From assembly GCA_004431415.1 (NCBI GenBank), contig QPMI01000235.1, forward strand, positions 1 to 64,000: a stretch of 64,000 nt of DNA, read 5' to 3'. This DNA is from Cyanophora paradoxa CCMP329. Taxonomy: Eukaryota; Plantae; Glaucophyta. The position numbers and the translations under genes are program-made. The notes beneath the pieces are model-generated. The model had not been told where the DNA came from. It saw only the letters and a list, made by a program, of their open reading frames with translations, and did no database searches. This document shows positions 1-12,669 of this stretch, piece by piece (the stretch's first letter is position 1; each line of letters opens with the position of its first letter).

Positions 1-2738
1 TGTACGATGGGAGCGCCGGGGGCCGCGCCCCAGGAGCGCGCCCCCCGCCCGCGCTGACGCCGCTCCGCCCGCTGCAGGCCGCTGGCGACGAGAGCGAGCG
101 GCGGGCGGCGACTCGGCAGCTTCGACGGCCTCTCGCGTGGTGCGTCGGGGCCCGGGGATCGCTGAGCAGGGCCGGTGAGGGCGGGAGCCGCGTGCCTCTC
201 GTTGTACGATGGGAGCGCCGGGGGCCGCGCCCCAGGAGCGCCCTCGCCGCCCCCGCTGACGCCGCTCCGCCCGCTGCAGGCCGCTGGCGACGAGAGCGAG
301 CGGCGGGCGGCGACTCGGCAGCTTCGGTGGCCTCTCGCGTGGTGCGTCGGGGCCCGGGGATCGCGGAGCGGAGCCGGTGGGGGCGGGGGCCGCGCGCCTC
401 TCGTTGTACGATGGGAGCGCCGGGAGCCGCGCCCTAGGAGCGCGCCCCCCGCCCCCGCTGACGCCGCTCTGCCCGCTGCAGGCCGCTGGCGACGAGAGCG
501 AGCGGCGGGCGGCAACTCGGCAGCTTCGGCGGCCTCTCGCGTGGTGCGTCGGGGCCCGGCGATCGCGGAGTGGGGCCGGTAGGGGCGGGGGCCGCGCGCC
601 TCTCGTTGTACGATGGGAGCGCCGGGGGCCGCGCCCCAGGAGCGCCCTCGCCGCCCCCGCTGACGCCGCTCCGCCCGCTGCAGGCCGCTGGCGACGAGAG
701 CGAGCGGCGGGCGGCAACTCGGCAGCTTCGGTGGCCTCTCGCGTGGTGCGTCGGGGCCCGGGGATCGCGGAGCGGGGCCGGTGGGGGCGGGGGCCGCGCG
801 CCTCTCGTTGTACGATGGGAGCGCCGGGGCCGCGCCCCAGGAGCGCCCTCGCGCCCCCGCTGACGCCGCTCCGCCCGCTGCAGGCCGCTGGCGACACGAG
901 CGAGCGGCGGGCGGCGACTCAGCAGCTTCGGCGGCCTCTCGCGTGGTGCGTCGGGGCCCGGGATCGCGGAGCGGAGCCGGTGGGGGCGGGGGCCGCGCGC
1001 CTCTCGTTGTACGATGGAGCGCCGGGGGCCGCGCCCCAGGAGCGCCCTCGCCGCCCCGCTGACGCCGCTCCGCCCGCTGCAGGCCGCTGGCGACGAGAGC
1101 AGCGGCGGGCGGCGACTCGGCAGCTTCGGTGGCCTCTCGCGTGGTGCGTCGGGGCCCGGGGATCGCGGAGCGGAGCCGGTGGGGGCGGGGGCCGCGCGCC
1201 TCACGTTGTACGATGGGAGCGCCGGGGGCCGCGCCCCAGGAGCGCCCTCGCCGCCCGCGCTGACGCCGCTCCGCCCGCTGCAGGCCGCTGGCGACGAGAG
1301 CGAGCGGCGGGCGGCGACTCGGCAGCTTCGGCGGCCTCTCGCGTGGTGCGTCGGGGTCCGGGGATCGCGGAGCGGGGCCGGTTGGGGCGGGAGCCGCGCG
1401 CCTCTCGTTGTACGATGGGAGCGCCGGGGGCCGCGCCCTAGGAGCGCGCCCCCCGCCCCCGCTGACGCCGCTCTGCCCGCTGCAGGCCGCTGGCGACGAG
1501 AGCGAGCGGCGGGCGGCAACTCGGCAGCTTCGGCGGCCTCTCGCGTGGTGCGTCGGGGCCCGGGGATCGCGGAGTGGGGCCGGTGGGGGCGGGGCCGCGC
1601 GCCTCTCGTTGTACGATGGGAGCGCCGGGGCCGCGCCCCAGGAGCGCCCTCGCCGCCCCGCTGACGCCGCTCCGCCCGCTGCAGGCCGCTGGCGACGAGA
1701 GCGAGCGGCGGGCGGCAACTCGGCAGCTTCGGTGGCCTCTCGCGTGGTGCGTCGGGGCCCGGGGATCGCGGAGCGGGCCGGTGGGGGCGGGGCCGCGCGC
1801 CTCTCGTTGTACGATGGGAGCGCCGGGGCCGCGCCCCAGGAGCGCCCTCGCCGCCCCCGCTGACGCCGCTCCGCCCGCTGCAGGCCGCTGGCGACACGAG
1901 CGAGCGGCGGGCGGCGACTCAGCAGCTTCGGCGGCCTCTCGCGTGGTGCGTCGGGGCCCGGGGATCGCGGAGCGGAGCCGGTGGGGGCGGGGGCCGCGCG
2001 CCTCTCGTTGTACGATGGGAGCGCCGGGGCCGCGCCCCAGGAGCGCCCTCGCCGCCCCCGCTGACGCCGCTCCGCCCGCTGCAGGCCGCTGGCGACGAGA
2101 GCGAGCGGCGGGCGGCGACTCGGCAGCTTCGGTGGCCTCTCGCGTGGTGCGTCGGGGCCCGGGGATCGCGGAGCGGAGCCGGTGGGGGCGGGGGCCGCGC
2201 GCCTCACGTTGTACGATGGGAGCGCCGGGGGCCGCGCCCCAGGAGCGCCCCGCCGCCCGCGCTGACGCCGCTCCGCCCGCTGCAGGCCGCTGGCGACGAG
2301 AGCGAGCGGCGGGCGGCGACTCGGCAGCTTCGGCGGCCTCTCGCGTGGTGCGTCGGGGTCCGGGATCGCGGAGCGGGGCCGGTGGGGCGGGGGCCGCGCG
2401 CCTCTCGTTGTACGATGGGAGCGCCGGGGGCCGCGCCCCAGGAGCACGCCCCCGCCCGCGCTGACGCCGCTCCGCCCGCTGCAGGCCGCTGGCGACGAGA
2501 GCGAGCGGCGGGCGGCGACTCGGCAGCTTCGGCGGCCCTCTCGCGTGGTGCGTCGGGGCCCGGGGATCGCGGAGCAGCGTCGGTGGGGGCGGGAGCCGCG
2601 CGCCTCTCGTTGTACGATGGGAGCGCCGGGGGCCGCGCCCCAGGAGCGCGCCCCCCGCCCGCGCTGACGCCGCTCCGCCCGCTGCAGGCCGCTGGCGACG
2701 AGAGCGAGCGGCGGGCGGCGACTCGGCAGCTTCGACGC
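1..2738 (+). repeat. GC-rich tandem satellite, ~202-bp unit, ~13.5 copies (runs off the window start)
   Basis: TGTACGATGGGAGCGCCGG recurs at 1, 203, 405 and onward with a period of ~200-203 bp and few substitutions. Confidence 0.95.
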
Positions 2739-2793
2739 CTTGCTGCTCCGCACCACCTCACCAACCAACACACCTTGCGCGACTGATCATGAA

Positions 2794-2873
2794 GGCTTGC
2801 GATTCGAAAGCTTGCACGACATAATAAAATGGGCTTGCGATTCGAAGGCTTGCGATTCGAAGGCTTGCGATTC

Positions 2874-2910
<37 letters not shown>
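2794..2910 (+). repeat. GCTTGCGATTCGAA short repeats followed by a poly-G tract
   Basis: Four copies of GCTTGCGATTCGA, then ~36 G. Confidence 0.85.
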
Positions 2911-2911
<1 letters not shown>

Positions 2912-3138
2912 CGGCGGGGCGGCGCGAGCGGCCGGGCGCATCAGCGTCGCGTCACGTGCCCGCCACGTGCGGCGGCGGCCCGCCCTCGTCGCCTTCATTG
3001 CCGGTGGACGCTCGAGGCTGCAGGGAGGGCGCAGTTGGCGAGCGGGAGGCGTCGGCAAGGGCGGGGTGGGAGTGCGAAGCCGCGGGCAAAGCCGCCGGGC
3101 GAAGCGCGGAAGGGCCGCCCAAGGCTCATTCATGATTA

Positions 3139-4601
3139 GCATTCAATAACATGAACAATAATGGGATATGATGCCCACAGCGGCCCGCGGGCTCCCTGGA
3201 AAACGTGGCAGACAACTGTGCGCTCATGAGGTGGTGAGAATGCTAGACTCTACCACACACATTCCTTAGTCATTCTGGGCTGGCGAGAGAGCTCTTGTCT
3301 GCCACTTTATTCCAGCGCTTGAGCATCATCATATATGACAATCAATCGTTATTTAGACTCACATATAGCCTCTCTGGGGCTCAGGCCCGTCGCTGGTGCC
3401 CATGGCGCAGGGGTGGGGCTGCAGGGGCTCAGTGGAGTCACTGCCTCAGGAAGGCTGGCTCCCGCGGAAGGGCCGCCCCAGGCTAATAAGCATTCAATAA
3501 CATGAACAATAATGGGATATGATGCCCACAGCGGCCCGCGGGCTCCCTGGAAAACGTGGCAGACAACTGTGCGCTCATGAGGCGGTCAGAATGCTAGACT
3601 CTACCACACACATTCCTTAGTCATTCTGGGCTGGCGAGAGAGCTCTTGTCTGCCACTTTATTCCAGCGCTTGAGCATCATCATATATGACAATCAATCGT
3701 TATTTAGACTCACATATAGCCTCTCTGGGGCTCAGGCCCGTCGCTGGTGCCCAAGGCGCAGGGGTGGGGCTGCAGGGGCTCAGTGGAGTCACTGCCTCAG
3801 GAAGGCTGGCTCCCGCGGAAGGGCCGCCCCAGGCTAATAAGCATTCAATAACATGAACAATAATGGGATATGATGCCCACAGCGGCCCGCGGGCTCCCTG
3901 GAAAACGTGGCAGACAACTGTGCGCTCATGAGGTGGTCAGAATGCTAGACTCTACCACACACATTCCTTAGTCATTCTGGGCTGGCGAGAGAGCTCTTGT
4001 CTGCCACTTTATTCCAGCGCTTGAGCATCATCATATATGACAATCAATCGTTATTTAGACTCACATATAGCCTCTCTGGGGCTCAGACCCGTCGCTGGTG
4101 CCCAAGGCGCAGGGGTGGGGCTGCAAGGGCTCAGTGGCATGGAGTCACTGCCTCAGGAAGGCTGGCTCCCGCGGAAGGGCCGCCCCAGGCTAATAAGCAT
4201 TCAATAACATGAAAAATAATGGGATATGATGCCCACAGCGGCCCGCGGGCTCCCTGGAAAACGTGGCAGACAACTGTGCGCTCATGAGGTGGTCAGAATG
4301 CTAGACTCTACCACACACATTCCTTAGTCATTCTGGGCTGGCGAGAGAGCTCTTGTCTGCCACTTTATTCCAGCGCTTGAGCATCATCATATATGACAAT
4401 CAATCGTTATTTAGACTCACATATAGCCTCTCTGGGGCTCAGGCCCGTCGCTGGTGCCCATGGCGCAGGGGTGGGGCTGCAGGGGCTCAGTGGAGTCACT
4501 GCCTCAGGAAGGCTGGCTCCCGCGGAAGGGCCGCCCCAGGCTAATAAGCATTCAATAACATGAACAATAATGGGATATGATGCCCACAGCGGCCCGCGGG
4601 C
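3139..4601 (+). repeat. Tandem array of a ~351-bp lower-GC unit, ~4.2 copies
   Basis: GCATTCAATAACATGAA starts at 3139, 3490, 3841, 4197 and 4548; copies are nearly identical. Confidence 0.95.
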
Positions 4602-4825
4602 CGGAGGACTGGCCGGGACAGGGTGGGGAGGGAGGGCGAAGCCTCAAAGAGCTGGAGAAAGCTTCGTGTAATTGAACATAATTGAACAATGTTTCTGCCG
4701 ATGCTATGAACGCGGGCTCGCACCGGGGCCGGAAAGCGGGGGGAGGGATGGGGGAATAGGGCGCGGCGACAACGAGGGGGTATACGACGAATGGAAGAGG
4801 CCGCGAGAGGGCCCGCGAGAGGGCC

Positions 4826-7800
4826 GGCCGCCGAAGCTGCCGAGTCGCCGCCCGCCGCTCGCTCTCGTCGCCAGCGGCCTGCAGCGGGCGGAGCGGCGTC
4901 AGCGGGGGCGGCGAGGGCGCTCCTGGGGCGCGGCCGCCGGCGCTCTCATCGTACAACGAGAGGCGCGCGGCCCCCGCCCCCACCGGCCCCGCTCCGCGAT
5001 CCTCGGGCCCCGACGCACCACGCGAGAGGGCCGCCGAAGCTGCCGAGTCGCCGCCCGCCGCTCGCTCTCGTCGCCAGCGGCCTGCAGCGGGCGGAGCGGC
5101 GTCAGAGGGGGCGGGGGGCGCGCTCCTGGGGCGCGGCCCCCGGCGCTCCCATCGTACAACGAGAGGCGCGCGGCCCCCGCCCCAACCGGCCCCGCTCCGC
5201 GATCCCCGGGCCCCGACGCACCACGCAAGAGGCCGCCGAAGCTGCCGAGTCACCGCCTGCCGCTCGCCTTCGTCGCCAGCGGCCTGCAGCGGGCGGAGCG
5301 GCCTCAGCGGGGGCGGCGAGGGCGATCCTGGGGCGCGGCCCCCGGCGCTCCCATCGTACAACGAGAGGCGCGCGGCTCCCGCCCCCACCGGCCCCGCTCC
5401 GCGATCCCCGAGCCCCGACGCACCACGCGAGAGGGCCGCCGAAGCTGCCGAGTCGCCGCCCGCCGCTCGCCTTCGTCGCCAGCGGCCTGCAGCGGGCGGA
5501 GCGGCGTCAGAGGGGGCGGGGGGCGCGCTCCTGGGCGCGGCCCCCGGCGCTCCCATCGTACAACGAGAGGCGCGCGGCCCCCGCCCCAACCGGCCCCGCT
5601 CCGCGATCCCCGGGCCCCGACGCACCACGCAAGAGGCCGCCGAAGCTGCCGAGTCACCGCCTGCCGCTCGCCTTCGTCGCCAGCGGCCTGCAGCGGGCGG
5701 AGCGGCCTCAGCGGGGGCGGCGAGGGCGATCCTGGGGCGCGGCCCCCGGCGCTCCCATCGTACAACGAGAGGCGCGCGGCTCCCGCCCCCACCGGCCCCG
5801 CTCCGCGATCCCCGAGCCCCGACGCACCACGCGAGAGGGCCGCCGAAGCTGCCGAGTCGCCGCCTGCCGCTCGCCTTCGTCGCCAGCGGCCTGCAGCGGG
5901 CGGAGCGGCGTCAGCGGGGGCGGCGAGGGCGCTCCTGGGGCGCGGCCCCCGGCGCTCCCATCGTACAACGAGAGGCGCGCGGCTCCCGCCCCCACCGGCC
6001 CCGCTCCGCGATCCCCGGGCCCCGACGCACCACGCGAGAGGGCCGCCGAAGCTGCCGAGTCGCCGCCTGCCGCTCGCCTTTGTCGCCAGCGGCCTGCAGC
6101 GGGCGGAGCGGCCTCAGCGGGGCGGCGAGGGCGATCCTGGGGCGCGGCCCCCGGCGCTCCCATCGTACAACGAGAGGCGCGCGGCTCCCGCCCCCACCGG
6201 CCCCGCTCCGCGATCCCCGGGCCCCGACGCACCACGCGAGAGGGCCGCCGAAGCTGCCGAGTCGCCGCCTGCCGCTCGCCTTCGTCGCCAGCGGCCTGCA
6301 GCGGGCGGAGCGGCCTCAGCGGGGGCGGCGAGGGCGATCCTGGGGCGCGGCCCCCGGCGCTCCCATCGTACAACGAGAGGCGCGCGGCCCCCGCCCCCAC
6401 CGGCCCCGCTCCGCGATCCCCGGGCCCCGACGCACCACGCGAGAGGCCACCGAAGCTGCCGAGTTGCCGCCCGCCGCTCGCTCTCGTCGCCAGCGGCCTG
6501 CAGCGGGCGGAGCGGCGTCAGCGGGGGCGGCGAGGGCGCTCCTGGGGCGCGGCTCCCGGCGCTCCCATCGTACAACGTGACGTGCGCGGCCCCCGCCCCC
6601 ACCGACCCCGCTCCGCGATCCCCGGGCCCCGACGCACCACGCAAGAGGGCCGCCGAAGCTGCCGAGTCGCCGCCTGCCGCTCGCTCTCGTCGCCAGCGGC
6701 CTGCAGCGGGCGGAGCGGCGTCAGCACGGGCGGCGAGGGCGCTCCTGGGGCGCGGCCCCCGGCGCTCCCATCGTACAACGAGAGGCGCGCGGCTCCCGCC
6801 CCCACCAGACCCGCTCCGCGATCCCCGGGCCCCGACGCACCACGCAAGAGGGCCGCCGAAGCTGCCGAGTCGCCGCCCGCCGCTCGCTCTCGTCGCCAGC
6901 GGCCTGCAGCGGGCGGAGCGGCGTCAGCGGGGGCGGCGAGGGCGCTCCTGGGGCGCGGCCCCCGGCGCTCCCATCGTACAACGAGAGGCGCGCGGCTCCC
7001 GCCCCCACCAGACCCGCTCCGCGATCCCCGGGCCCCGACGCACCACGCAAGAGGGCCGCCGAAGCTGCCGAGTCGCCGCCCGCCACTTGCTCTCGTTGCC
7101 AGCGGTCTGCAGCGGGCGGAGCGGCCTCAGCGGGGGCGGCAAGGGCGCTCCTGGGGCGCGGCCCCCGGCGCTCCCATCGTACAACGAGAGGCGCGCGGCT
7201 CCCGCCCCCACCGGCCCCGCTCCGCGATCCCCGGGCCCCGACGCACCACGCGAGAGGCCGCCGAAGCTGCCGAGTCGCCGCCCGCCGCTCGCTCTCGTCG
7301 CCAGCGGCCTGCAGCGGGCGGAGCGGCGTCAGCGGGGGCGGCGAGGGCGCTCCTGGGGCGCGGCCCCCGGCGCTCCCATCGTACAACGAGAGGCGCGCGG
7401 CTCCCGCCCCCACCGGCCCCGCTCCGCGATCCCCGGGCCCCGACGCACCACGCAAGAGGGCCGCCGAAGCTGCCGAGTCGCCGCCCGCCGCTCGCCTTTG
7501 TCGCCAGCGGCCTGCAGCGGGCGGAGCGGCGTCAGCGCGGGCGGCGAGGGCGCTCCTGGGGCGCGGCTCCCGGCGCTCCCATCGTACAACGAGAGGCGCG
7601 CGGCCCCCGCCCCCACCGACCCCGCTCCGCGATCCCCGGGCCCCGACGCACCACGCAAGAGGGCCGCCGAAGCTGCCGAGTCGCCGCCTGCCGCTCGCCT
7701 TCGTCGCCAGCGGCCTGCAGCGGGCGGAGTGGCGTCAGCGGGGGCGGCGAGGGCGCTCCTGGGGCGCGGCCCCCGGCGCTCCCATCGTACAACGAGAGGC

Positions 7801-8600
7801 GCGCGGCTCCCGCCCCCACCGGCCCCGCTCCGCGATCCCCGGGCCCCGACGCACCACGCGAGAGGGCCGCCGAAGCTGCCGAGTCGCCGCCCGCCGCTCG
7901 CTCTCGTCGCCAGCGGCCTGCAGCAGGCGGAGCGGCGTCAGCACGGGCGGCAGGCGTGCTCCTGGGGCGCGGCCCCCGGCGCTCCCATCGTACAACGAGA
8001 GGCGCGCGGCTCCCGCCCCAACCGGCCCCGCTCCGCGATCCCGGCCCCGACGCACCACGCGAGAGGGCCGCCGAAGCTGCCGAGTCGCCGCCCGCCGCTC
8101 GCTCTCGTCGCCAGCGGCCTGCAGCGGGCGGAGCGGCGTCAGCGTGGGCGGGGGCGCGCTCCTGGGGCGCGGCCCCCGGCGCTCCCATCGTACAACGAGA
8201 GGCGCGCGGCCCCGCCCCCACCGGCCCCGCTCCGCGATCCCCGGGCCCGACGCACCACGCGAGAGGCCACCGAAGCTGCCGAGTTGCCGCCCGCCGCTCG
8301 CTCTCGTCGCCAGCGGCCTGCAGCGGGCGGAGCGGCGTCAGCGGGGGCGGCGAGGGCGCTCCTGGGGCGCGGCCCCGGCGCTCCCATCGTACAACGAGAG
8401 GCGCGCGGCCCCGCCCCCACCGGCTCCGCTCCGCGATCCCCGGGCCCCGACGCACCACGCGAGAGGCCGCCGAAGCTGCCGAGTCGCCGCCCGCCGCTCG
8501 CTCTCGTCGCCAGCGGCCTGCAGCGGGCGGAGCGGCGTCAGCGCGGGCGGGGGGCGCGCTCCTGGGGCGCGGCCCCCGGCGCTCCCATCGTACAACGAGA
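4826..8600 (-). repeat. Same ~202-bp satellite in inverted orientation, ~18 copies
   Basis: CGCTCCCATCGTACAACGAGAGG is the reverse complement of the unit in 1-2738 and has the same period. Confidence 0.95.
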
Positions 8601-9260
8601 GGCGGAGCGGGGCGGCGGACCCCGCGGAGGCTAGATGGGACCAAGCCGCGCGCGGCGCGGGGCGCGGGTGGCCGGAGCGGCACCTGCGGCCGGGCAGGGG
8701 CGGGATCAAATCGGGGGGTCGCCGGGGCGGCGGCGCAGGATCGAGGCGGAGCGGGGCGGCGGACCCCGCGGAGGCTAGATGGGACCAAGCCGCGCGCGGC
8801 GCGGGGCGCGGGTGGCCGGAGCGGCACCTGCGGCCGGGCAGGGGCGGGATCAAATCGGGGGGTCGCCGGGGCGGCGGCGCAGGATCGAGGCGGAGCGGGG
8901 CGGCGGACCCAGCGGCGGCTAGATGGGACCAGGCCGCGAGCGGCGCGGGGCGCGGGCGGCCGGAGCGGCACCTGCGGCCGGGCAGGGGGCGATCAAATCG
9001 GGGGGTCGCCGGGGCGGCGGCGCAGGATCGAGGCGGAGCGGGGCGGCGGACCCGGCGGTGGTTAGCTGTGAGCAATCCCCGCGCGGCGCGGGGCGCGGGC
9101 GGCCGGAGCGGCACCTGCGGCGGGGCAGGGGGCGATCAAATCGGGGGTCGCCGGGCGGCGGCGCAGGATCGAGGCGGAGCGGGGCGGCGGACCCAGCGGC
9201 GGCTAGATGGGACCAGGCCGCGCGCGGCGCGGGGGCGCGGGCGGCCGGAGCGGCACCGGC
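8601..9260 (+). repeat. GC-rich tandem repeat, ~143-bp unit, ~4.5 copies
   Basis: GGCGGAGCGGGGCGGCGGACCC starts at 8601, 8745, 8889, 9032 and 9173. Confidence 0.9.
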
Positions 9261-10234
9261 GGCGAGCGCTGTACAGCTGGCGCGGGGCGGCGGCCGGGCG
9301 CGCGCGGCCAGCGGCCGGCGAACCCTGACGAGACGCGGCACATCGAAGAGAAATGCCCATGCGGTCGCGTTTCTCGTGCATGGAAGAGACGGGCTGCGGG
9401 CAGGAGCTGAGGAGGCGACCTGCAGATTGGAGCCGGCCGGCGAGCGGGGCGCTCGCGACCGTCGGGGACGGCCCATAGGCCTTCCAGCAGCACGATGCGC
9501 ACCCGTGGGCGCGTTGGCGGTGCGCGGAGGTCGCGGGATGCGGCGCAACGCCAAGGGCACGATCGCTGCCGCGCGTCGGCGTTGGCGGGAACGGCGGGGA
9601 GCCGGCGGAGCCGGCTTTTACGCACGACGATCGCTCGGGATGGCGGCTGGCATGCCGAGAACAGGCTGGTCGCACGGTTCGTGGCTCGCGCGGCGCGCAC
9701 GCGGGATCTGGACTTCGACGAATCTAGGCGCCACTTTGCGGATACGCCGTTTCTCGGCCCGCGATCGGGGATACAGCCCTTTGGGCGCTTCGAAGCCACG
9801 ATTTCGTGCCGTCTGAGCCGCTGCGGCTGCTAGCAGCGAACTCGAAGGTCCGCGTAAACCGCGCGGCGCCGTACCCCAGCGCAGGCAGACCGGCGGGTGT
9901 CGGCCGCTCTATATATGGTGACCGGGTTACCCGGCCGTACCGCCTATATGTGAGCTATATATCGAAATACATTTTCTCCTTGCAACCTGAAATTTTGTAT
10001 AAGAACCTGGAATTTGTAATTAAAGGTCCGAGAGCTACCGACGCGTGACCGCATTAGAAAAAACCTTTGACGTCAACTGCAAGCTGTTTCGCTTTTCCTT
10101 ATCTTCCGTCACGTCCCGTATCTCCAAAGGGCGCCGTTTCCCTATATAAAGTCCCTTACCCCCCTATTACGGGGTACATACCCCAACACAACCGGCGACA
10201 TGTACATGTGGCATCAATTATCCGGGCTTGTTGC

Positions 10235-10380
10235 CTCTAGCGATCGTAACTCTAGCGATCGTAACTCTAGCGATCGTAACTCTAGCGATATATCGATCGC
10301 AACTCTAGTGACTCTGGCGATCGTAACTCTGGCGATCGTACTACGGTAATTTTCCCGATTGTGACTCTGGCGATCGTAAT
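10235..10380 (+). repeat. 15-bp minisatellite CTCTAGCGATCGTAA, degenerating rightwards
   Basis: Three exact copies plus several degenerate ones. Confidence 0.85.
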
Positions 10381-11365
10381 TCCGCCCAATTCGCTATCTA
10401 GCAGCGCGCGCGCGCCTCGTTCCACGAGTACGGGTTCCGAACGAGCGTCCCGTTGTGTTGCAGCGTGAAGGGGCCATTCTCCGTGAGCAGCGCCAGCTCC
10501 GACGAGCACCCCGGTCCGCCTGTGGCGGACCGACGCGCGCTCATCGATATCAGCGCGCTGGTCGGCCTGCAGCTACGCAGGCGTGGGTGCCTGTGAGCCA
10601 AAGGACGATGGGATCGCGGTGTTAATATTCCCTTGTGCATGTATATCGATATCTTGGATAAAATTGAGAAATATAAAGTTATATTTGCAAATAAAGTTAA
10701 AAATCCCGGCCCGTCGGCCGGCGCATGCTCAGACGTCTCTGACTGCGCTCACACGCACTGCGAGACTTAAAAGCTTATTATACTGATATTTATAATTAAT
10801 TCTAACGAGCTGCTAGACCGTCGACGTCGGACGTCGACTTGAAACCTAAACTAGAATTTCAGCCTGGCAGCTAAACATTACTAAGTTATAGCTATATATG
10901 AGTCTTCTAAAGAGCAGCTCGACAGAAACCTCCTATAGCTATATCATACTATAATCATAGTACAGCTAGCTGTAGGCTTACGTGATCATGATCATGAACT
11001 AGCTATAGATCTAAACTAAATAGCGTCTCCGTTGCCCTTGTCCATGGCCAACTCGTGGGAATCCAAATCGCTCCGAGGCTCGCGCGCCGTGGCGAATTCG
11101 AAGCTTTCATCGACAAGCTGAAACCCGCTGGAGGCTTTCGCCACGCGCCCCGCGCGCGCTCCTTCGTCTCTTTCTATCCTCCGAATGGCCAGGATATGCG
11201 GAAACCACGGAAAAAGTCAACCGTTGCAATCACGGCCTTCTCGTAGCCGGACAGACTCGCCTGGAAAGGGCGACGCCATCGAGATGCGCAGAGAAGCCTG
11301 ATTTAGTGGCGGGCGGGCGGGCCGCCGGGCGGGCTTCGCGAGTGCGCACCTCGAACTTCTCCTTG

Positions 11366-11440
11366 GCCTCCGCCAGGCCCTCCGCCCGGCCCTCCGCCCG
11401 GCCCTCCGCCCGGCCCTCCGCCCGGCCCTCCGCCCGGCCC
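11366..11440 (+). repeat. 12-bp tandem repeat GGCCCTCCGCCC
   Basis: About 5 copies; reads (RAEG)n on the minus strand. Confidence 0.85.
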
Positions 11441-12669
11441 CTCTCCCGCTCCGCAGCGAGCGAAACCTGAGCTGGCGCTTGAAGACGCACAGCAGCGGAT
11501 ATCGAGCGAAGCACAAGCGACTAACCTTCAACGGACTTTGCTCCTTTTGCTGCCGGTCGTGGGCGCGTCATACAGCTGCAGAGCTCGAGCGCACTACTAG
11601 AAATACTAAAGCTAGTCTAGGCCCTAGGCCTAGGTACCGGTACGCGGTGCACGCACTGGAACCTGGCCGGGGCCTCCGCGCCGTCGAGGTCGCTTGCGCA
11701 TACAGATAGAGCCAGTCTCTGTCCTCACTTCGCGCAAGCCGCCGCTGTTCGCGAATCAGAACGTTAACAGCCGCACGCGAAATGGGCCCGGGGCGCCGGC
11801 CCGGGTAAACAGCGCACCGGGAGAGAATGCGCAGCGTTGGCGCGCTGAAGATAAATGCAGTCTCCATAGTGTGCCGGCTGTAGCGGGAGTGCGGGGAGTG
11901 CGGGAGCGGCGGCGAGTGCCGGGCAGCACCAACCAACCAGTGTCAGGATGAAAGCCTGGCCTCGTGCCTTGGTTGAAAGTATTGTGAGATTGCACGCAAG
12001 TGCGCCGGGCTTGCAATTGAGCGTGCCCGGCGCCGGCGTGCCCCGCCGTGCCGATCGGAGGGGCCTGAGGTCGGGGAGGCTGTACCCCCCAGCAGGAGCT
12101 GTTTGGGGGGTCGACGTCGCCCGGGTTGCGGATCCGGACGTCGACGTCGACAATTGCAAAGGACCGAGGAGTACTAAATTAAACGCACTTGCGGAGAGCT
12201 TTAGAAAAGCAGTCGTCCGCTGTATACGTACATCGGAACATGTACATCGGAACATCGGGCTCTACACCCTCACCCTCGAGCTCCCCCGGAGCGCCCGCAC
12301 ATCATGGCATGTACAGCGTGTCCGGGTCGCTCCCGGCGCGCCGCCGCCGCGCGCCCTCGATCTCCGGCTGCGGCTGCGCCTGCGTCTGCGGCTGGGGGTC
12401 GACGTCCGGATCCCCCTCGCCGAGGCGGCGGAGGGGCCCGGCGGCAGCTCCCGGAGTCCGCCGCGAGCGCCGCGGGCCGCGGGGGATCGGGGCGGGGCAG
12501 CGGGGGCAGGTCCGGCCCGGAGCCGGCGGGAGCGAGCAGGCCCTCAGCGGGCGGTAGAGCTCCGGGCGAGCACGCAGCCGCAGCCGCAGCCGCAGCCGCA
12601 GTCGCCGGGCCCGGGCCCGCCGGCGCCCATGGCCAGCGCCCCGCCCCGGGCGCCTCCGCCCCGGGTCCG

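Noticed and set aside
3295-4544. Four repeated 63-71-aa ORFs (MSATLFQR...)
   Set aside because: TTG starts inside the 351-bp repeat, one copy frameshifted, no protein features
175-9328. Very long ORFs (up to 1424 aa) in the satellite region
   Set aside because: They are translations of stop-poor GC-rich tandem repeats, open in several frames on both strands
11230-11514. (RAEG)n ORF reminiscent of Rpn/PD-(D/E)XK transposase tails
   Set aside because: Explained by a 12-bp minisatellite; no nuclease domain nearby
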